Assembly: GCA_951406725.2 (NCBI GenBank) | Contig: OX597819.1 | Location: forward strand, 56,668,001 to 56,732,000 | Direction: 5' to 3' | Length of the DNA: 64,000 bases | Source of the DNA: Octopus vulgaris | Lineage: Eukaryota | In this document: in pieces, positions 26,451 through 40,525 of the stretch | How positions within the stretch are numbered: position 1 is the first letter of the stretch | How the letters are laid out: each line of letters opens with the position of its first letter | Notes under the pieces: generated by a model | What the model was told of the DNA's origin: nothing | What the model saw: the letters and a program-made list of their open reading frames with translations, nothing else | The model's database searches: none | Position numbers and translations under genes: made by a program

Positions 26451-26984
26451 TCGTCTTTTGTTTATAATTCGTATCTAGTTTTATTTCAATGATGTTACCA
26501 ATACACTAGAGAAGTGTATGACTAACATTACGAAATCTTAATACATTTGAAGCAAAAATATAGAAGCGTAATCAGACGTTATTATAAATCTCAATGGAAT
26601 GTCCCATAATACAACAGTAATGCTTTTACATTTGCTTATGAACACATCTGTATACAGTACACGTGACCAGTTAGCATCAATTTGTGATTCCATGTTACTA
26701 GACAAAATATAGTTGGCGACCACAGGTGCCGTTATCTGATTTTGCCAATAAATCTGGTTGGTGAATAATAGAGATTGTATGAGAAATTATGACCTGTGGG
26801 ATCTAGAGACCGCAGTTTTATATAGTTAACATGACTTCAATTTTTCTTTCAAGCAGACTACATTGATGTTACATATATGTTCATGGCATCATCTTATATA
26901 TATCTATAATAGTAGTAGTAGTAGTAATAGTAGTAGCTGTAGTATTAATAGCATTAGCGGTAGAAGTAATAATAATAATTTCAG

Positions 26985-28880
26985 CTAACGATATTGATAT
27001 TACTGACGTTAACTACATGTACAATGCATCCGCGAAAATTTCAACGATTCTATGTGGTGAAAAGATTAGAAAACGACAACATTCCCACAAAAAGCCTACT
27101 TGGCAAGAGTGTATTCAACACCAAATTCAGCTACTTAGGTCTGATATAGAATGCTTCAAAACGTTAAGTTTGAAAACACTATCAAACCAACAAAAATCCG
27201 AAAATTAAAGAAAAAATATATGAAAATCATACTTGACATCGATACCACGAGAGAAACTATCAAGCAAAAGGTATGTGCTAAAGCAGCTTGCATAGCAAGG
27301 TATGAAAAGCGTGTTAGATTCTTCAAGGATAGGAACGTGTTAAAAAATAACCCAATAAATTTTTACAGAAAGATAAGGAAAATAGCAGTTACAGTAAAGT
27401 CTTTCCTATGAAAAGAAGTGCAGAAATTTTGGAATAACATTTGGGCTAAAGAAAAAACACAATGAAAATACCCCTTGGACTGACAGAATATCTACAGACT
27501 TAGACTGATTGGAAGAGCAAAAGTAGGAGTGTATCAAGGTAGAGGATGTAAGATCTGCACTCAGGAAGTCAAGCAAATGGAAGTCTCCAGGAAAGGATAC
27601 AATTACTGAGTTCTGGTTGAATGATTTCTCAGAGAGCAATAGAAATGCAAGACGTCCATTAAACTATCCTGTGATCCTTCCCAGACAAAAAATACGCCAT
27701 CAAACTTCTCTTGAAATCAAAGCTCAACTCAAGGAGCATCAATATATGGGCTGTTGCTGTAGTCCGCTATAGTGCACCCATCCCGAAATGGACATAAGCG
27801 GAGATTGATCATCTCGATCGCACTTTCCAAAAGACAATGAGAATTGTCTCTACATGAAGAGAGGTAAGGGTGGACGTGGCTTGATTAGCGTACGGGAGTA
27901 CATCAACAGCGAAAGAAGAAACATGGTAGAATATTTGGTAAACAGCAAGCAAACCGGCTACAGTATGCTGCTACTGCAGAAGGAGTTAACAAAAAATGGT
28001 CTTGAGAGTGCTCATAAATTCCGAATAATAACAACCAGCGTGAGAGGAGAAAGCCTACCCTGTATAGAATTATATGGTCAGTTCCACCGTGAAGCCAGCA
28101 AATTAAAAGTTCAGGAAGCATCATAGAGGTGGCTCAACAAAAGTGACCTAACAAAAATACTGAAAGCCTAATCATCGCTGCCCAGGACCAGGTGTTGAAT
28201 ACCAAATCAATGAAAAAGAATATATACCACACAAGTGCATCGGACTTCTGCAGAATGTGTTGGAAGAGGGTCGAGCGCGTGACTCACATTGCTAGTACTT
28301 CTGAAAGTCTAGCGCAGAATGAGTACAAGCGTGGACACGACAAGGTAACCCAAAACCACCACTGGCTACTATGTCGTTAGTATGTATATGAGGTTTAAGT
28401 TTCTTGGTATCAACATACACTGTAAAAGGTAATGGACGGAAAGGGTGGGAAAGACAAACATCCTCTGGGTCTTTGACTTCCAGGCAGACAAGGTGTTAGA
28501 GCAACGAAGGCCGGCTAAAGTAACCTTTAGGACAAACAAACAAGAGTGCCTAACAATTGACGTGGCAGTGCCAGGTGATCAACATATCATCATGAAAGAC
28601 AGAGAAAAGGTTGATGAATATGGAGACTTGAGAATTGAGATCACTAAGATATGGCAGCTACGAGAGTCAAACATAAAGGTCATCCCTATTTTCACCGGAA
28701 CATTGGGTCCAATACCACTCAATCTGAAAAAGACATCTGAAAACCTTAGAAATTCCCTACAATCTAGATGTATTGCAAAAGTCAGCATTTCTTGAGACTG
28801 CATGCATATTGCGTAAAGAACTGTTGTGACTTGACAAAAAGTACAAACCCCCGGTAGACACAATGTCTACAATCAACAAC
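26985..28880 (+). mobile_element. Degenerate R4/Dong-type LINE with most of the RT deleted
   Basis: IKQKVCAKAACIARYEKR, KWKSPGKD, LYMKRGKGGRGLIS, IIAAQDQ, CRMC...THIAS, GHDKV, IDVAVPGD and IPIFTGTLG motifs across frameshifts. Starts after a (TAG/TAA) tract. Confidence 0.85.
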
Positions 28881-29149
28881 CTCACGATATTGTATACTGT
28901 GCGGCGTCTACATATTTCAGTATCCATGAATATGTAGACTTATTTAATTACTTCCGACAGGATCGTAGCTGTGACTGTAAATCTGTATTACCACCGTATG
29001 GAATCCGGATTTCAGTAATGTATCAACCTCTACAACAGAAAACAATCTGTCAATATTGGTATCCAAGATTTCAGATAAAAACGTATGAATGCCTGAGTAC
29101 GATAATTAGCTGCTGTAGAACCATGAAATAAAAAGCCAAAACTGAAGTT

Positions 29150-29760
29150 TTTCAGAGAAAATTTGATAAATACTACAAAACCAAATTATAAACAATCCAC
29201 CGAGAAGGCCATACATGCGCACAGAAAATGAAAGCAACAGACCATGAAATTAATAAAACTTACTGAAAGCTTGACACGGAGAATGTGGACGGTTAATTTC
29301 AAGTAATGAAGAAACAGAATATACCAGTTGAAAACAAATATATAGTATACAAAGCCAAAAAATTTGCACAATGGAAGAACATAAAAAAATGACAAGCAAT
29401 GAAGATGAACACCTTGAAATAAACAAAAGATATCAGTGGACCGTGATATTAAACCCAACAACCAAATTATATTCCTCCCGTATGACATAATTGTATGTGA
29501 CCACAAACTACGAACAGATGCTTAAAGAAATACACGTGGCAGAAGTTATCCATGGAATATAAAAGAGGAATCTAATACTATCTACCATCCAAAACACTCA
29601 CTGAAATTTAATTCCATTAGTAATGGAGCGACAGTGTATGCGCTGGGTTTCTTGGGCCAACGTTTGATTGAAGTTTAATGCTGTAGAATTTCTCTTACAT
29701 TACAGACGATCGCGATCAGGACACCATTCAGAGGGTTTAAAATGAAATTTGTGCATAATT
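29150..29760 (+). mobile_element. Very degenerate RLE-LINE C-terminal remnant
   Basis: HGE-like, 'YDIIVCD' (PD-like) and 'ALG' fragments in the expected order. Confidence 0.3.
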
Positions 29761-30536
29761 GCAGAAAGTATGGCGAAAAGATGTCATCTTTTATTTTACA
29801 ATACTGTCTTTACAATAGTGTTGTCAAACAGGTGGTTGATCAAAATGAATTTTAAAAACGTTAATTAAAAAACAGACAAAAAGCATATATAGAATTATAA
29901 TGATGAACTTAAAACTGAATGCGAAGATAACTTGAAATATAAATTTACGATTGAATATGAAGATAACTTGAAATATGAAAATAATTCATATTAACGGTTT
30001 GCAACAGAAGTTATCTCCGATATATTAACGGACGACTTCTCTTCGTTTTTCAAGAAATACATTTGTTAATTCTTTAAAAAGATTAAAAATGATCATTCAT
30101 TCTGTAAATAATAAATTCATGAGTGATAACAAATGCAGAAATCGGTTGATGTAAATTAAATATATTTTTCTTATTTAAGTCATCTTAGTCTTATATCTTT
30201 AATGGTATTACAATAATTTAGTCTGATAAGCTAACATTTATATTTCTCTTCTTCACTCTTGCATTTTGCTTCCGTGTTTTGCATATGTGCAACAGTATGC
30301 TTAAAAATCGGTCGATGTAAATTAAATATAGTTTTCCCATTTTAAATTATATTAACATTGATATAACCTTAAATGCATTACATCGTTTTAGGTGGATACG
30401 CTTCCGTTTATTTTTGTCTCTTCTTCCTCTTCCTCTTCACACACTATAGCATGTCTTCATGAATTCGTGTTTGGCATATACACAATAGCATATATAAGAA
30501 AACATATACGAACGGATATAAACAGCTGCATAATGG

Positions 30537-30632
<96 letters not shown>

Positions 30633-30711
30633 TATACTGTATATGCATTTAAAGCAGAATAAAAATATATAATAAATCTCTGAGCGAGGTATAAACGGTA
30701 GCTGCACGTAA

Positions 30712-30906
30712 TCGTGAAGTATATATGCCACTTAAATGTGGCTAACCCTTAAGGGTGGATGCTACTGGAGGACACCTCATCCAGCTGGCTATTGACAGAA
30801 AGTGTGTCAATATCCAGCTGGGGGAGGTGTCCTCCTGGGGCTACAAGCTACAGTAGCATCCACCTTTGAGGGTTAGCCACATTTAAGTGGTAAATATACT
30901 TCACGA
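30712..30906. repeat. 195-bp imperfect palindrome (MITE/foldback-like)
   Basis: Outer arms tcgtgaagtatatatgccacttaaatgtggctaacccttaagggtggatgctactg / cagtagcatccacctttgagggttagccacatttaagtggtaaatatacttcacga. Inner arms gaggacacctc..ccagctgg.tattgaca / tgtcaatatccagctgg..gaggtgtcctc. Confidence 0.9.
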
Positions 30907-31354
30907 AAAAATAATATAGCCACGAATTTATCATACGTGATGTATATAGGTTTCTCAAAGACAACATACTGCCTTAATTCTCCAGTATAGATTGTTGTGG
31001 GAAGTGAAAGATCTCAGTAACGGGTAGTGAAGATACCAGATGCATTGCGGACAAATTGAGGCTTGTCAGTGGCGTGTATCAGCTGCTAGCCACGTGCCCA
31101 GACAAGATTTGTTGCTTCCCATATACGAAACAGTAAATAAAAACTCTCACTGCCATTGTGAATTGCCATTTGGTTTGATAATTCTATCGGTAGATAGAAG
31201 TGAAACAACATTAAATGTTTTATTCAATGTTACCTATGTCACAATGCGTTTACGATATCGCTGAACACGGCTTTCGAATCCTCTTTGAGAAATTCAGTTG
31301 TGCATTCTATATTCAATTCTTCTTAGCAACTTTCACCCCATATGTGTCATAATA

Positions 31355-31551
31355 TTACTCTTTACTCTTTTACTCGTTTCAGTCATTTGACTGTGGCCAT
31401 GCTGGAGCACCGCCTTTAGTCAACCAAATCGACCCCAGGACTTATTCTTTGTTAGCCTAGTACTTATTCTATCGGTCTTTTGCGTTACGGGGACGTAAAC
31501 ACACCAGCATCGGTTGTCAAGCAATGTTGGGGGAACAAACACAGACACACA

Positions 31552-31605
<54 letters not shown>

Positions 31606-31780
31606 CACATATATATATACGATGGACTTTTTTTCAGTTTCCGTCTACCAAATCCACTCACAAGACTTTAGTCGGCTCGAGGCTATAGTAGAAGACACTT
31701 GCCCAAGGTACCACGCAGTGGGACTGAATCCGGAACCATGTGGTTCGTAAGCAAGATACTTACTACACAGCCACTCCTAT
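31355..31780 (-). mobile_element. SINE family A, full length
   Basis: Same head, internal (CA)n and tail as the other copies. Confidence 0.88.
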
Positions 31781-32479
31781 ATCACATTTTCCGATAGTCA
31801 GTCTTTCACCATCTTCTGTGATGCATCGTAACCGCATTCCAGCTGTAGGGATTACAATTTGTTTGTTCGCACGAATTTGGCAATGGTCGCAGCTGGTTGT
31901 CTCCCATTGCGTGGTTTGTTTTCAATGCCAGTTTGCTCTTTAAACTGTACACATTGCACTTGTGAATGATGTCATCTCCGTAAACCCCCTGTAGCGTTCA
32001 GTGATGTCGAACTCAAGGACAACACGTTACTTCTGCTTGGAATCTATTATTTGCCGGAAAGGATAAAGAAAAGGAAGAAGAGTTACTATGGCAGATGAGT
32101 CATTTTACCAACGTTTGCAGTGTAAACGATTTATGTCAGCTAATGAAATTGATTAAGACTTCTTTTGGATTCGATTCTGAACAACCCACGTTCATTGAAA
32201 TACAGGATGTTTCCAAATACAAATACTCAGTGTTACATGTATTCTGTCAGCATCAATGTATATTGTTCATTTCGTATTGTTAAAATATCGAAATATCTAA
32301 ATCCCAACATGCATAGAGCCATGCACTCATAATATACATACGTACGACAATTGTATGTATAATCCTCCAGTTGTATTATATGAAGCTCATACGTTCTAAA
32401 TATGCTATTCATTAGAACTCGGTTTTTACATACAATATGAAGTTAAATACTTATAGAGCATTGAGTTATGATCCGTTGA

Positions 32480-33190
32480 TAATGAATAACGTATCCATCG
32501 TGTAAATAAAGGGACATACGCAGCAGTTTATGCACCGCCGCATGCAGGTCTATGGATAAAACCAGGGGGATAGTGCCAGAGTGTACAGAAAGACTAGAAA
32601 GAAGTTAGATAAAATCATAAGTAAGTGGGACCCGCCCTAGATACCGGGGCAAAATTGGAACAAACTTCAAAGAGTTTGTGATCTAGCAAGCACAATAAAC
32701 ACGTGGCGCGAGACAGATGAATTTCAAGAGTTGAATTTTGTTGCGGCTGCGCCATATCGGGACTTAGCCCGCAGGATAAAAAAGGCTCTGAAAAACGCTA
32801 AGCTCAACATTAGACTCATGGATAAACCAGGGTGATCCATCAGATCACAGTTATGTAAGACATAACCCTTCAAAAAGAACACATTTACTGATAGGAACTT
32901 CGATATATGTACTTTTAAGCTTGCTATTTATTGAAAGACAAGGAATGTAACTTGCCGCATAAAATGCATGGAAGATGATGGTAAAAATTGGGAAACTGCG
33001 TACATTGGGGAGAGTTGTAGAGGTTTCGTTGAGAGATTAAACAAGCACCGATGGGAACATAATGAGAGAAAACAGTTATCTATTCTCTATCAGCATGCCC
33101 AAGATCAACGTAATGGTATACTGAATCGGATTAGAGTCAAAATCTTGTCAAAACACTCGAGAGACCATCGTTACGACAGACACGCGGGAC
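32480..33190 (+). mobile_element. Penelope-like element remnant (GIY-YIG endonuclease region)
   Basis: RNVTCRIKCMEDDG...AYIGESCRGFVERLNKH...SILYQH fits the Penelope GIY-YIG pattern (NVVY.I.C...YIG.T.R.L..R..EH). Stops upstream. Confidence 0.7.
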
Positions 33191-33259
33191 GAGGAGTTAT
33201 GTACATTATTTATATTATTTACATTTGATGGATATTTGTCCTCATCTTGTTTGTTGTAA

Positions 33260-33303
33260 ACACAACGTTTCGGCTGATATACCCTCCAACTTTAATCAGG
33301 TGT
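33260..33303 (-). ncRNA. Minimal hammerhead ribozyme motif (G8 mutated)
   Basis: Minus: acac-ctgatta-a-agttg-gagggtatat-cagcc-gaa-acgt-t-gtgt. Confidence 0.6.
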
Positions 33304-33399
33304 CTTCGGGAAATTTTGAACTTGGGTTCTCATTCCTAAGGTATTTTTCGATGTTATTATTATTATTATCATCATCATCATCATTGTTATTATTATTAT

Positions 33400-34026
<627 letters not shown>

Positions 34027-34088
34027 CATTATCATTATCATTATCATCGTTATCGTTATCGTTGTCGTTGTCATTGTCGTTGTTGTTG

Positions 34089-34139
<51 letters not shown>

Positions 34140-34267
34140 TTCAGGTCACTGCTTGGAATCGAACTCGGAAGCTTGGGGTTAATAGCCCGCGCTCTTAATC
34201 ACTACACCATATGCCCGTGGGTGTACACACGCACACACACACACACATACACTTACACACTCATATT

Positions 34268-34376
34268 CAACACACCTGATGAAGGCTGGAGGGTATATGG
34301 CCCGAAACGTAGTGTTAATAACAAACAAGATGAGGACAAATATCCGTCAAATGTAAATAATGTAAATAATGTAAGT
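34268..34376 (+). mobile_element. Inverted partial tail (copy 3) of the hammerhead-tailed element
   Basis: Reverse complement of 33201-33305. Ends in short (atgtaaata)n repeats. Confidence 0.85.
34272..34315 (+). ncRNA. Minimal hammerhead ribozyme motif with intact catalytic core
   Basis: acac-CTGATGA-a-ggctg-gagggtatat-ggccc-GAA-acgt-a-gtgt. Stem I 4 bp, palindromic stem III ACGT, GUA cleavage triplet. Stem II is partly mutated relative to the other copies. Confidence 0.7.
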
Positions 34377-34974
34377 AACGACACGTGAGACTTTTATCAT
34401 AAATAAGACATTGTTTATAATGATCAGAAAATATGCATAACACACGCACACATAAACACTGGAATGCACACACTAGTAAACACTCGCGTATTCACATACT
34501 CATAGGAACATATACACTCACTCACGGTACCGACTGAACCACACAAACACGCACACTAGATCACACACACGCACACACACACACACATACATGCACACGC
34601 ATACACACACAGACACGCAATCGTATTCAAACACACACACGTACCCTGTTCTCCATACTTTCTCCCCTCCCCAGATAAAACAAAATTACGCTCGTGTATC
34701 TTTAAGGGATAACAAGGAAATCCCAGCGGATCTGAGGCGATTGTCATTGAACAAGGTCGAACCATTAAAGGGATCACGGATGGCCAGTGCCAGCACATTC
34801 AGACACACAAAACACGTACAGACAAACACGCGAGTGCATACACATAACCACACACACACACACACCGCACGCGCACAAATGCATAAGCGCATGCGCGCAC
34901 ACACACGCACACACGCTCACACAGACAAACACACATGCTCTTTATTTGCCCTCACCCTTCCCTTTTCTTGTAAG

Positions 34975-35385
34975 CGAAGGAGTGGCTTGCTAACGAACCA
35001 CATGGTTCCGAGTTCACTTCCACTGCGTGGCACCTTGGGCAAGTGACTTCTACCAAAGCCTCGGTCCGACAAAAGCCTTGCGAGTGGATTTGGTAGACGG
35101 AAACTGAAAGAATCCCATCGTATATATGTACATATATATATATATATGTATATATGCATGCGTGTGTATGTGTGTGTCTGTGTTTGCCCGCCCCCCACCA
35201 ACATCGCTTGACAACCGATGCTGGTGTGTTTACGTCCCCGTAACATAGCGGTTCGGCAAAAGAGACCGATGGAATAAGTACTAGGCTTACAACGAATGAG
35301 TCCTGGGGTCGATGTGCTCGACTAAAGGCGGTACTCCAGCATGGCCACAGTCAAATGCCTGAAACAAGTAAAAGGGTAAAAGAGA
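34975..35385 (+). mobile_element. SINE family A, near full length
   Basis: 'catggttccgagttcacttccactgcgtggcaccttgggcaagtg...gaaacaagtaaaagggtaaaagag'. Confidence 0.88.
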
Positions 35386-35754
35386 ATCTATGTATACGCT
35401 CATACAATGAAGCATAGACACAAGCGTAAGACTAACTCTCAGTCAGTTCCAAGGCACATGGCTATGTGGATAGACCCCTGGTTTGGTGTGTTCTTGAGTA
35501 AAAATCGTTACTTTACCTGTAACTGTGTAAATTTGGTTACAGTATAATTACATTAATTTAGTTGGTTCATCGCGGAAAATTTAGACGCATTTAATTCATT
35601 CGTTTTGCGAGTTAATGTGAGGTTTCAAAAGTGCGTTATGATACAACAAATAATAGCAGGGTGCACGCTAATCAACACACGTATAGACGGCATTTAAGTT
35701 TTCAATCGAAAACCAAAGTCTTATATGTCCACTCAATAGGGTCTGGGGATAAAT

Positions 35755-36155
35755 AATCCTTTCTACTATATCCACAGGGCTTGAAACATGGAGAGGGAGA
35801 TAATCGATTACATCCCTAACCCCGTGTTTCACTTGTACTTAATTTATTGACCCCGAAAGGATAAAAGGTAAAGTCGACCTCGACGGAATTTCGACTCAGA
35901 ACATACCTGCAGACGAAATGCCTATTTCTTTACTAATCACAAGGGGCTAAACACATAGAGGACAAACTAGGACAGACAAATGGATTAAGTCGATTACATC
36001 GACACCAGTGCGTAACTGGTACTTAATTTACCGACCCCAAAAGGATGAAAGGCAAAGTCGTCCTCGGCGGAATTTGAACTCGGAACCTAACGGCAGACGA
36101 AATACTGCTAAGCATTTCGCCCGGCGTGCTAACGCTTCTGCCAGCTCGCCGCATT
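35755..36155 (-). mobile_element. SINE family B, tandem/dimeric
   Basis: Two copies of 'gaccccgaaaggatgaaaggcaaagtcgacctcggcggaatttgaactc'. Confidence 0.82.
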
Positions 36156-36364
36156 TACACTGGGGATAAATAATGACGATGTCCCCCACCTCCTATTCCA
36201 CCTCATCCTCTTACTCCTCCTATTTCTCCACCACTCGAATTCATCACTACCAACGGAAAAGCATCCGCAGCAAGAACATGTATAAGAGCGAGAACAACAA
36301 GAAAATTTACAACTATAAAAACTGGTAAAATAGCTGCAAAATTATCGTCTACCATATCCGTTTC

Positions 36365-36487
36365 AAATTTTGGCACAAGGCCAGCAGTTTCAGGGTAGGT
36401 AGTAAGTTGAGTATGCAGTGCTTAACTGGTTCTTATTTTATCGACCTTCTTCTTCTTCTTCTTCTTCTTCTTCTTCTTCTTCTTCTT

Positions 36488-36519
<32 letters not shown>

Positions 36520-36827
36520 AGCATTCACCTAGGATGGGTTGAGCTGGTTTCATTCATCCTCAATGCTGCATCTCTCACAATCGCCGACCAGGCCTGGCGA
36601 TTTGTGGCTAACGACCGCGTGATCTCCAACCACTCCTTATTCCAGCGGCGAACGCTGTAGATATAGAGTCCTAGGTTGGGTTCCAGATCGGCTTTGACCG
36701 TTATCGACCCCGAAAGGATGAAAACAAAGTCGACCTTGGCGGAATTTGAACTCAGAACGTAAAGACGGACTAAGTGCCGCTAAGCATTTCGTCCGGTGCG
36801 GTAACATTTCCGCCTGCTCACCGCCTT
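36365..36827 (-). mobile_element. SINE family B interrupted by an RTE insertion
   Basis: The family B sequence resumes exactly after the duplicated ttatcgacc. Confidence 0.8.
36447..36700 (-). mobile_element. 5'-truncated RTE-clade LINE 3' end with (GAA)n tail and 9-bp TSD
   Basis: TSD ttatcgacc at 36438-36446 and 36701-36709. Minus translation VKADLEPNLGLYIYSVRRWNKEWLEITRSLATNRQAWSAIVRDAALRMNETSSTHPR* carries the RTE C-terminal 'LA.DR..W' motif. Confidence 0.85.
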
Positions 36828-37789
36828 AATACCATCCATCATATTAATATTTTGTGTTAGGACTTCAATAAGAAGGCTTGATTTGCTGAAAGTAATAACT
36901 AAATATAACTAGAAATATAATTTCTTAGCTTCAAATTAATCGAACAATACACAGTTGATAATGTGCTTGTGGCTACAATATGTCTTTAATGGAATGACAG
37001 GACAATTCCGTGCGGAAAGGTCTTTGATCTTAGATCTGATCGATCAGTTGTCAGCAACAACGGCACCAGCAACACGTCTTGTATAGTTGCAGCTTGCACC
37101 ATATGCAGTGGAATTATTGGACAATTTTATCGATTGGTCATCACTTGCCTCAATAGCAGTGAACGCGACTGTTAAGGATTGCGACTGCCAGTGAACTGTC
37201 AACCCAAACATATGTCGCATTTACAGACTATAGCAATTGAAAGAGACCATAAAATAGATGTCTGTCGATATCGACAATTAGAAATCAGTGGTTCAGTCAA
37301 TTGAACGACCTACTCTTTAAATTAGCCCGAAAGTTGCTAAATATTCCACAGACATGTGTATCCTTTACGTAAATCTCTGGCGGAATCGGCATCACTCAGA
37401 GAGTGAGATAAGATTAATGCGATAATCCGATAAATTACATACAAAACCTTATTCAGTTTTCGTCACTTAGTTTCAAGCACGTAACTTGCATCATAAGACC
37501 TGGTTTAAGATGCCATGCTGTAGAATCGACACTGGTGACCTCAAATACATTAGTATTCAGTGGATGAATATCACCCGTCCGACAGATTTCGAAACCCTTC
37601 GCTGTTCGGTAAAAGAGAACGAGATAATAAGTACCAGGCCTAAAAAAATATATACTTATGTCGATTTGTTTAACTGTACCCTTTCAAAGCGATGCTCCAT
37701 CACTGAAATTAGTAGCAAAGAAAAGATAAAGAATACAAATGTATAATGTTAACGCCGGTGCATTAGTACGGCCGCAGCTTAAGTAAATA

Positions 37790-37998
37790 TTCTTTTCTAT
37801 TCTAGGCACAACAACCGAAATTTTTGGAGAATGGGCCAGTCGATTACATCGACTCCAGTACGCAAATTTTACTTAATTTATCGACCCCAAGAGGATGAAA
37901 GGCAAAGTCGACCTCGGCGGAATTTAAATTCAGAACGTAACGGCAGACGAAATAACGCTAAGCATTTCGTCCGGCGTGCTAACGTTTCTCGCCGCCTT
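37790..37998 (-). mobile_element. SINE family B
   Basis: Matches the other family B copies. Confidence 0.85.
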
Positions 37999-38244
37999 AG
38001 CTTAAGTCGATGTTACTTTGGAAATAAATGAAAACCAAGACATCTATAAACAATAATCGACAAATAACGAGGAATTTGGACGTGCTAAACTGGATTATAT
38101 ATTTTCAAAAGCAATTTGTGGTGCACGTAGCTTCGTGATTAAAAGTCTAAGGCTTCAGCTTCAAAAAAGCCAGATATGGAACACGTGTAATTTACACTCT
38201 TCGTATTCAGTAAATGAACGGAACCCTTCAAATCCTTCGTAAAA

Positions 38245-38647
38245 ATTCTCTTTTACTTGTTTCAGTCATTTGACTGTGCCCGTGCTGGAGCACCACCTTT
38301 AGTCGAGCAAATAGACCCCAGGACTTATTCTTTGTAAGGCTAGTACTTATTCTATCGGTCTGTGTTGCCGAACCGCTAAGTTACGGGGATGTAAACACAC
38401 CAGCATCGGTTGTCAAGCGATGTTGGGGGGATATACACAGTTACAAAAACATATACACACACATACATATATATACATATATACGACGGGCTTCTTTCAG
38501 TTTCCGTCTACCAAATCCACTCACAAAGCTTTGGTCGGCCCGAGGCTATAGTAGAAGACACTTGCCCAAGGTTCCAGGTAGTGGGACTGAACCCTGAACT
38601 GTGTGGTCGGTAAGCAAGCTACTTACCACACAGCCACACTTACGCCT
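38245..38647 (-). mobile_element. SINE family A, full length
   Basis: Head, internal microsatellite and tail all present. Confidence 0.88.
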
Positions 38648-38921
38648 AGAAATTAATCGAAACAAAACACGCATACACATGTATAACACAGACATGTACA
38701 CATATATGAACGTAAGAAGACCATTATTCAACGTTTCTTAAAGTACAGCACATGATACTATTTGTGTGTATTGTCTAACGATTCTTGTTTCATGGCTGGA
38801 GACCAACGTGTGTAACGATAAAATTAGAAACAAAAAAATACAAACAGAATTCATTTATAATTTGTCTATTTTTGAGTATTAGCCTGTAGGCGTCTATTCA
38901 TATACGATTTTACGTAAAGTT

Positions 38922-38943
38922 GTATGTGTGTGTGTGTATATAT

Positions 38944-38990
<47 letters not shown>

Positions 38991-39097
38991 AACGCACACA
39001 CACATATATATATAAATATAATACATACATACACACACACACACATATATATATATACCTATATATATGGTACATAGCTATATATATGTGTGTGTGT

Positions 39098-39142
<45 letters not shown>

Positions 39143-39320
39143 GACACACAGACACACGCACACACACATATATATATATATAAATGTAATACATACATAC
39201 ATATATATATTTATATATATACACATATATATATATACCTATATATATGTATATACCTATATATATATATATATGTGTGTGGATATATATATATATATAT
39301 AGATAGATAGATAGATACTC
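38922..39320. repeat. Compound (TA)/(CA) microsatellite with an internal ~140-bp duplication
   Basis: Directly visible. Confidence 0.9.
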
Positions 39321-39761
39321 ATGCATGTATACCTATATGTATGTATTTATGTATGTATACATGTTTGTACTTGTATGTATGATGTATACATGCAACTATG
39401 TAATGTGTGCCTCTATGCATGTATGTAGATGCGTAAGTATGTATCTATCTCACTATTTGCATTAGTCTTAACATTACATATCGATAGATAACACATTAAA
39501 ATAACATGCCAGTAATACTAGACCTCTGTCAATACGATGCTAGATATCAATAAAATCTAGTCTAGAAATCTGTCTGCACCAGAGTTCCTTGGTGTATTAT
39601 TGGAGCTGCAATTTAGTGCATGGCTGTAATGATATCTCACTAACATGTCAGTTTGATATTAGGAATTGGAAAAGAAAAAGGATATCAGAATAAATAAACA
39701 TAAAAAAAAATCAACAGAATTCTTTTATTACCCGGATGTATAGGTAGTTGTAGAAGCAGCC

Positions 39762-39762
39762 T

Positions 39763-39819
<57 letters not shown>

Positions 39820-40525
39820 CAGTAGCCGTAGTAGTAGTAGTGGTAATAGTTGCAGTAGTAGTAATGATTGTGGTGGTAGTTGTGGTTTTGGTAGAAATTG
39901 TTGTCGTAGTAGCAGTAATAGTAAATGTATTAAAGGCAGTAGTAGGAAGTAGCGATGTGGTAGCGATAACTATAAGAACAAATGATATCTATAGCAATGA
40001 TTGTGTCAATGATGATGATGACGATGATGACCGTGACGATTCTGATGGTGTTAATGATGATGATGATGACAAGGAGGAGGACAATGTCAATGATTACAAT
40101 GATGATCATGATGACGACGATGATGATGATGACGATGATGACCGTGACGATTGCGATGGTGTTAATGATGATGATGAGGAGGGAGGACGACGACGACGAT
40201 GGCGATGATTACAATGATGATGATAACGATAATGATGATGATAACGATGATGATGATGATTACCCAGACGATTGTGATGGTGTTAATGATGATGATGATG
40301 ATGATGATGACGATGATGAGGAGGAGGAGGAGCGGGAGGCGGACGATGTCGATGGCGGTGATTACGATGATGATAATTATAACGATAATGGCTGTGACGA
40401 TTGCGACGGTGTTAATGGTGATGTTGAGGAGGAGGAGGAAGGGGAGGATAGTGATGATTACGATGATGATGATGATGATGACGATGACGATGATTATGAT
40501 GATGACGATGACGATGATTATGATA
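39762..40525. repeat. (TAG)n followed by a (GAT/GAC/GAG) low-complexity tract with a ~110-140-bp higher-order unit
   Basis: The motif 'gacgattgcgatggtgttaatgatgat' recurs four times. Confidence 0.9.

Noticed and set aside
29915-30390. Short direct duplications (gaagataacttgaaatat x2; aatcggt.gatgtaaattaaatata x2)
   Set aside because: Two copies each in AT-rich DNA; ordinary local duplications, not an array or CRISPR.
34140-34220. Possible tRNA gene
   Set aside because: Has A and B boxes and an anticodon-like arm, but no convincing acceptor stem. It recurs (17253-17302) attached to (TAA)n, so it is treated as a SINE head.
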